A DNA stretch of 64,000 nt from Candidatus Sumerlaeales bacterium (GTDB lineage Bacteria > Sumerlaeota > Sumerlaeia > Sumerlaeales > Sumerlaeaceae): positions 32,001 through 96,000 of the forward strand of contig JBBSQY010000003.1 of the NCBI GenBank assembly GCA_038243585.1, given 5' to 3'. The position numbers and the translations under genes are program-made. Positions 60,501 to 64,000 of this stretch are shown here, piece by piece. How positions within the stretch are numbered: position 1 is the stretch's first letter; every line of letters begins with the position of its first letter. The notes beneath the pieces are model-generated. The model made no database searches. It was not told the origin of the DNA and saw only the letters and a program-made list of their open reading frames with translations.

Positions 60501-63500
60501 GTTCAACAGCGCCTGCAAAGCCGTTTCATTCCCCGGTTGTAGAGTAAGCACATGTGCATAAATTCGCCGGACCCGCTCATGGTGCTCAGCCTGCTGAAAT
60601 AGCTCTGCCGTCTGCAGCCAATTGTCTATGGCGGAATCCGGTGCAATTGATTCCAAACGCGTTGCCAGTTTTTCCCGGAGATCAGTATTTCCCGGCGCCA
60701 GTTGAACAACCCGATTTAAAGCTTCTAAAAGTAAGTCGGTGTTGTTCATCTGCTCTGCCGACACGATAACTTCCTGTAGCAGGGCGACTGCTTCTTCCTG
60801 TCGCTTTTCTCGGACAAAATAGTCGGCCAGGGTGGCCTTCACATAAAGGTTATCAGGCTCCGCGGCAAGAGCCTCCAAGTAACAATCTTCCTCTTCGGAA
60901 ACCGCACCTGACATACTAAACAGCCTGGCGGCCTCCAGTGCGGAACGCCGTGCGTCTGACAGCATTTCAGACTGCCTGAATACCTGCGCCGCGAGGTACC
61001 ATGTATCCGCGGAATCCGGAGCAATATCCAATAATGTAGTCGCAATATCGAGCGCTTCAGAAAGTTTATTCTGGTCTGCCAGGCTTTTGACGCGTTGATG
61101 CGCGATACCGACCAGGAAGGTGCTTCCACCCAGGGTATGGATGGTTTTAAATATTTCAAGACCACGGGCCGGAGTGGTGGTGTCAAGCAGCGCAAGAGCA
61201 ATAATCTGGCTTTGTTTCTGACGTCGCGCCGTTAGGGCCGACCGCAGTTGTTCCCGAGCCACATCGTAGACATCGTCGCCCAAGCGGCGGACCAATGTCG
61301 CTATGGATTCCGCCGGGATAGCGGATGGTTTCGCCGATATTGCCCGATTGACGTTTGCTATGGCCTGTTCAGACTTCCCGTCTTCTGAGAAAAGCAGGGC
61401 GGCCGTCATAAACTGTGCGGTGGCCTGATCGAGACGGCGGGAGCGTTCGTTTAGTTCAGCCAGAAGTCTGTATTGCTGCGCTGTAGAGACTAAGCCGGCA
61501 GCTTCATCCATCGCTTCAATGGCGGCATCGGTGTCGCCTGACGCAAGGGCATCACTGGCCAGTGTCATTAATTCCTGACGCAGGCGATTTCGGTTTCCGG
61601 TCAGGCGCAATGGTTCGAACAGTTCCTGACGCAGGCTCATGTCATGTGGCGCAAGAGCAATGACCTGAGTCAGCACGCTGATTGCGTCATCGGAATGGCA
61701 TGCTGCGGTCCTGGCGCGCGCAGACTTCAATCCCCGTGTCATAGCCCGTGCGGGCGGAAGCATATCCATGTGACGGACAACATAATCGGCATTGAGCGGC
61801 GCAATTTCAATCGCCTGGGCCAAAAGAGCTTCGCGCCGGGATTTGTTTCCGGAATGCTTGTCCAGCTCTGATAGAGCGATATCAATTAATTTAACGGCGG
61901 AATCGGAGTTCCCGGCCTTACTATGAGCGGCTGCGGCGATGCTGTAATCTTCAGGCAGGGCGGAATCCCCCGCCAGTTTCAACAGATCATCAAACACTTG
62001 GGCGGCATCGGCGGGCTTGCCACTATCTTGTAATATGCGGCCAGCATGGCGAAGATGGTCCTGAGCTCGTGCCGGGCTGTTGCCTTTTCTATAAAGGTCG
62101 GCGATGATCAAGTGCTCAAGTGGGTCTGCTGCAGACTCATGAGCTATTGCTGCTTCCAGCGTCTGCGCCGCTCCCTGGTAATCGCCCTCCGCTTCCAATA
62201 GATTTGAAAGCTGTTTAAGATATGGCAGCGCCTCCATGGGGCGCTCAGTCTTCATCTGAGCGTCGGTCAGATCTCGCAACAGCGCTGTGGATGCAGGAAT
62301 TGTTTCTACCAGGCGTATAAGATCGGCAATCCACTGGTTTTCGTCGACAGAATCTCGACGCTGATTAGCCCACTGGCGGTACAGCGGCAATGCTGCCGGC
62401 GAACCTTCTATCTTATGCACCAGTTCTGCCAGGGTCCATAAGACGTCCGGGTTGTCAGGGTGCAGCGTAAGAGATTCCCGATAAGCAGCCATAGCACCGA
62501 CGCTATCGTCTGAAGCTGCAAAAGTGTCGCCGATATCTGCCAGCGTGACGGCCGCATGCTCTGGTTGTTCAAGAGCCTTCTGAACCTCAACCTTATGCCG
62601 CAGCGCCGCCAGAAGGGCAGGGGACATATCCAGAATCTGGTCCAGAACTTCCAGAGCCGCATTAAACTGGCGGGATTGTTGAAGGAGTCTCGAGACCTCC
62701 AGCAAAGCATTTATCGCGTCGGCGGACTTGCCTAACTCGATGTTAGCATCCGCAAGTAACCGATGAGCTTCAGGGTTAGTGCCGGCCAAGCTGGTCCAGC
62801 GCCGGGCCATCTCCAGTGCTTCTGCGGCCTTGCCGGATTCCAGTAGGTTTCTTCCGCTGTCTGCAACCCACGTCAGGGCTTGCTGTTCATTCTCCATGCC
62901 CATTAGAGCATCGGCGCGGGCGCTCGTGAGCACTCCGCTTTGACGAGTTAAATTCTCATCCAACCCACAAATGGCGATCAGTGCCGATGCGTTATTATCA
63001 GCGCCGGCAATGGTTGCGGCTGCTTCAAGGTCGGTCAGCGCCAAATCTGGACGTGCCTCGGACAATAGGGCGGTGGCGAGTTCAATCAGTGCGTTGACGT
63101 CTGCGCCATGTATCTTACGCAGATGCTTAAGAAGTGCTGCAAGCTGGGGTGATTTATCTGCGGTAAACTTATGGACTAGCTGAATCTGGTGGGGGAACGC
63201 TTCCGTATATCTTTTTGCTTCTGTTAAAAGTATAGCAAGCAGTCTGTGGACTTCAAAAGGCGCGACGCCCAAAGCGACTGCCGACTGGAGGGTCGTAATA
63301 GATTCTTCTGTTGCCCCGGCGCTCTTGCTGGCGCGAGCAGATTGCACATAAGCTTCCGTTGCCTTTTCTGGATCCTGCTCAGCGGCGGCAATAGTCAGGT
63401 AGAGTCCGGCCTTTGCAGCGTGGTCAGATAGATCCGCCGCAAGTTTTCGGGCGGCGTCGAAATTGCCGGTCTGAGCGAATGTAACGCCAAGGAGTCGGCT

Positions 63501-64000
63501 TGCCTGGGCGTGGACGTCTGATTTCTTCTCTTGTCCCGAAAGGATTGCTAAGAGAGTATCCTGATCAGCGGCAGTGAAAAGGTTTTTTGATACCACCTGC
63601 TGTAGGGTCGCAAGAGAATGCTTTGCATCCCCCGCTTTAAGATATGCGGCCGCGGCGGCGGAAAAAGCCAGTGCGGCATTCTCAGGCTGGTCAATGGCAA
63701 ATAACGCCGCCCCAAGAGCCTCGTGGGCTTCTGCGCTGTCCGGGGCGACGCGCGTCCGTTCCTTCGCCCATCGTACCGCAGTCTGAGGTGGCCCTGATGC
63801 GGCAAACAGTGATGTAAGTTCCTCGGCTGCAGCCTGCGCGACGGGAACAAGCCCGGTAGCTTCGCTCGCGTGAAACAGCGCTTCCCAGGAAGCCGCAGAA
63901 GTTGGGCCTGCGACTTGAGCGGAATTCGTGCATCGGACAGCGCTTTCCGTATCGCCCTGCAGAGAATACGCTGTAGCGGCTTCGGCATACGCCTTGGCGG
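57588..64000 (-). CDS. Giant TPR-repeat protein (at least 2136 aa; 5' end beyond the window)
   Basis: TPR-like repeats throughout (..L..P.D/N....L..L); my translation shows the frame stays open for 134 more codons from 63596 to the window edge. Confidence 0.85.
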   Translation of the reverse strand, partial: AKAYAEAATAYSLQGDTESAVRCTNSAQVAGPTSAASWEALFHASEATGLVPVAQAAAEELTSLFAASGPPQTAVRWAKERTRVAPDSAEAHEALGAALFAIDQPENAALAFSAAAAAYLKAGDAKHSLATLQQVVSKNLFTAADQDTLLAILSGQEKKSDVHAQASRLLGVTFAQTGNFDAARKLAADLSDHAAKAGLYLTIAAAEQDPEKATEAYVQSARASKSAGATEESITTLQSAVALGVAPFEVHRLLAILLTEAKRYTEAFPHQIQLVHKFTADKSPQLAALLKHLRKIHGADVNALIELATALLSEARPDLALTDLEAAATIAGADNNASALIAICGLDENLTRQSGVLTSARADALMGMENEQQALTWVADSGRNLLESGKAAEALEMARRWTSLAGTNPEAHRLLADANIELGKSADAINALLEVSRLLQQSRQFNAALEVLDQILDMSPALLAALRHKVEVQKALEQPEHAAVTLADIGDTFAASDDSVGAMAAYRESLTLHPDNPDVLWTLAELVHKIEGSPAALPLYRQWANQRRDSVDENQWIADLIRLVETIPASTALLRDLTDAQMKTERPMEALPYLKQLSNLLEAEGDYQGAAQTLEAAIAHESAADPLEHLIIADLYRKGNSPARAQDHLRHAGRILQDSGKPADAAQVFDDLLKLAGDSALPEDYSIAAAAHSKAGNSDSAVKLIDIALSELDKHSGNKSRREALLAQAIEIAPLNADYVVRHMDMLPPARAMTRGLKSARARTAACHSDDAISVLTQVIALAPHDMSLRQELFEPLRLTGNRNRLRQELMTLASDALASGDTDAAIEAMDEAAGLVSTAQQYRLLAELNERSRRLDQATAQFMTAALLFSEDGKSEQAIANVNRAISAKPSAIPAESIATLVRRLGDDVYDVAREQLRSALTARRQKQSQIIALALLDTTTPARGLEIFKTIHTLGGSTFLVGIAHQRVKSLADQNKLSEALDIATTLLDIAPDSADTWYLAAQVFRQSEMLSDARRSALEAARLFSMSGAVSEEEDCYLEALAAEPDNLYVKATLADYFVREKRQEEAVALLQEVIVSAEQMNNTDLLLEALNRVVQLAPGNTDLREKLATRLESIAPDSAIDNWLQTAELFQQAEHHERVRRIYAHVLTLQPGNETALQALLNDARDNGDLEAMGKLTGKLADVKASRRNVGEACRLLQSYLQLDPDNLEILEQLASLSGKSNDVEVFTTTTRALATKFQKLGDHTSALRQYERLLERSPRDTALLSKLLDCCAGAGNSEKGLLYARQLLAVARETEDPERIRLAAVTILNYDNSDAAAHNDLGESLLSLNRVSEAVAEWMRAAELYEGAGETAYAFTCYRRVTQISPGTVQAWRHLGELAISIGDMETARMSVFHVMDKATSTEAQRVAPLLAKLVQALPEDRHVHQTALEFYRKTENHDKGAEEYIWLADHENKAGNSELAESLLAEGTNWVPSNQQLKQAHYDMIRQMGRLEELQLRLRREAEEHEKQGRQEEAISVLYELVDLAPGQIALHRDLARSLNNAHRPEEAIEQHLHIVRILLERAELEEARDQAEALVEQYPENIPCRERIADMLAASSYPDLAARYYRAAADAALGAKDTERRIELLNKAVKFRPAWAEARKTLAQACEEAGMQQEAFDAWLGLIPSLLDSGEFSEATATLDRLSRQQPDSPEVREQLAELYEKTGNRDQQADVLRELVDIYEKANRDLEGLEAYRKLASIVPDDPAILTRYVELLSQVESPEKNMPQEYGKLADALERRGDFEGALQTYEQILGMAPDNTAARSRYATFLLSRGSRNRALSEMRTLANLYMDRHEPSAAVEVLNAALTISPRDADLCLALAASQEAAGMHEDARVSYSRATAILASTAAVKGIDTYRRILTQDENNTAVRQRLVELLLNSGDTMEAARQARILAEVHLNRGEMLEAENAYRIVDQCEPETVDDVRDAIRRDSYDPSLQYVHYVRLGNRQFDAGDIDNALDSFRTARSLHDDQPELIQKCIDCISLIAPEAEAIPDYLLMAEKLLLSGEMLRARLAYEQVRLIDPFNNDARGGLESVNAAENINSKANKPTEDDHVLKASRSVNKRVALMDLLVACREAALDPSDSKKLGQ

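Noticed and set aside
1..64000. CRISPR array, IS transposase, phage or defence genes
   Set aside because: No regularly spaced direct repeats and no recognisable motifs for these families.

Overview
A 64-kb bacterial chromosomal segment from a probable diderm (signal peptides and a lipobox, SurA/PrsA-type chaperones, a Bat operon). No integrase, transposase, phage gene or CRISPR array was seen. Housekeeping genes are scattered out of their usual operons: dcyD (partial), rpmB, uvrC, hisF, spoVG, ispE, rarA, an icd-family dehydrogenase, an addA-like helicase, rnc, bcp, tRNA-His, an aldehyde dehydrogenase, yqeY, htrA and ftsK. They are interleaved with many envelope genes. Points of interest: (1) a compact operon of a secreted glycerophosphodiesterase, an sn-glycerol-1-phosphate dehydrogenase and a GlpT-type permease, a candidate G1P-scavenging pathway; (2) a recurrent D-x-x-T-[T/S] / T-T-x-T motif in many exported proteins plus a stand-alone O-antigen-ligase/TPR protein, a candidate general protein O-glycosylation system; (3) a TPR / Wzz-like / CBM60-like / phosphodiester glycosidase cluster with two kinase-less Wzz paralogues and no glycosyltransferases; (4) a doubled PrsA-like chaperone with a LysM-like insert; (5) a MoxR-Bat operon carrying an embedded TPR-parvulin gene; (6) an AddA-like helicase with a degenerate nuclease domain; (7) a >2100-aa TPR protein running off the right edge; (8) a REP-like element after uvrC. 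All family calls come from motif recognition by eye; no database searches were run.
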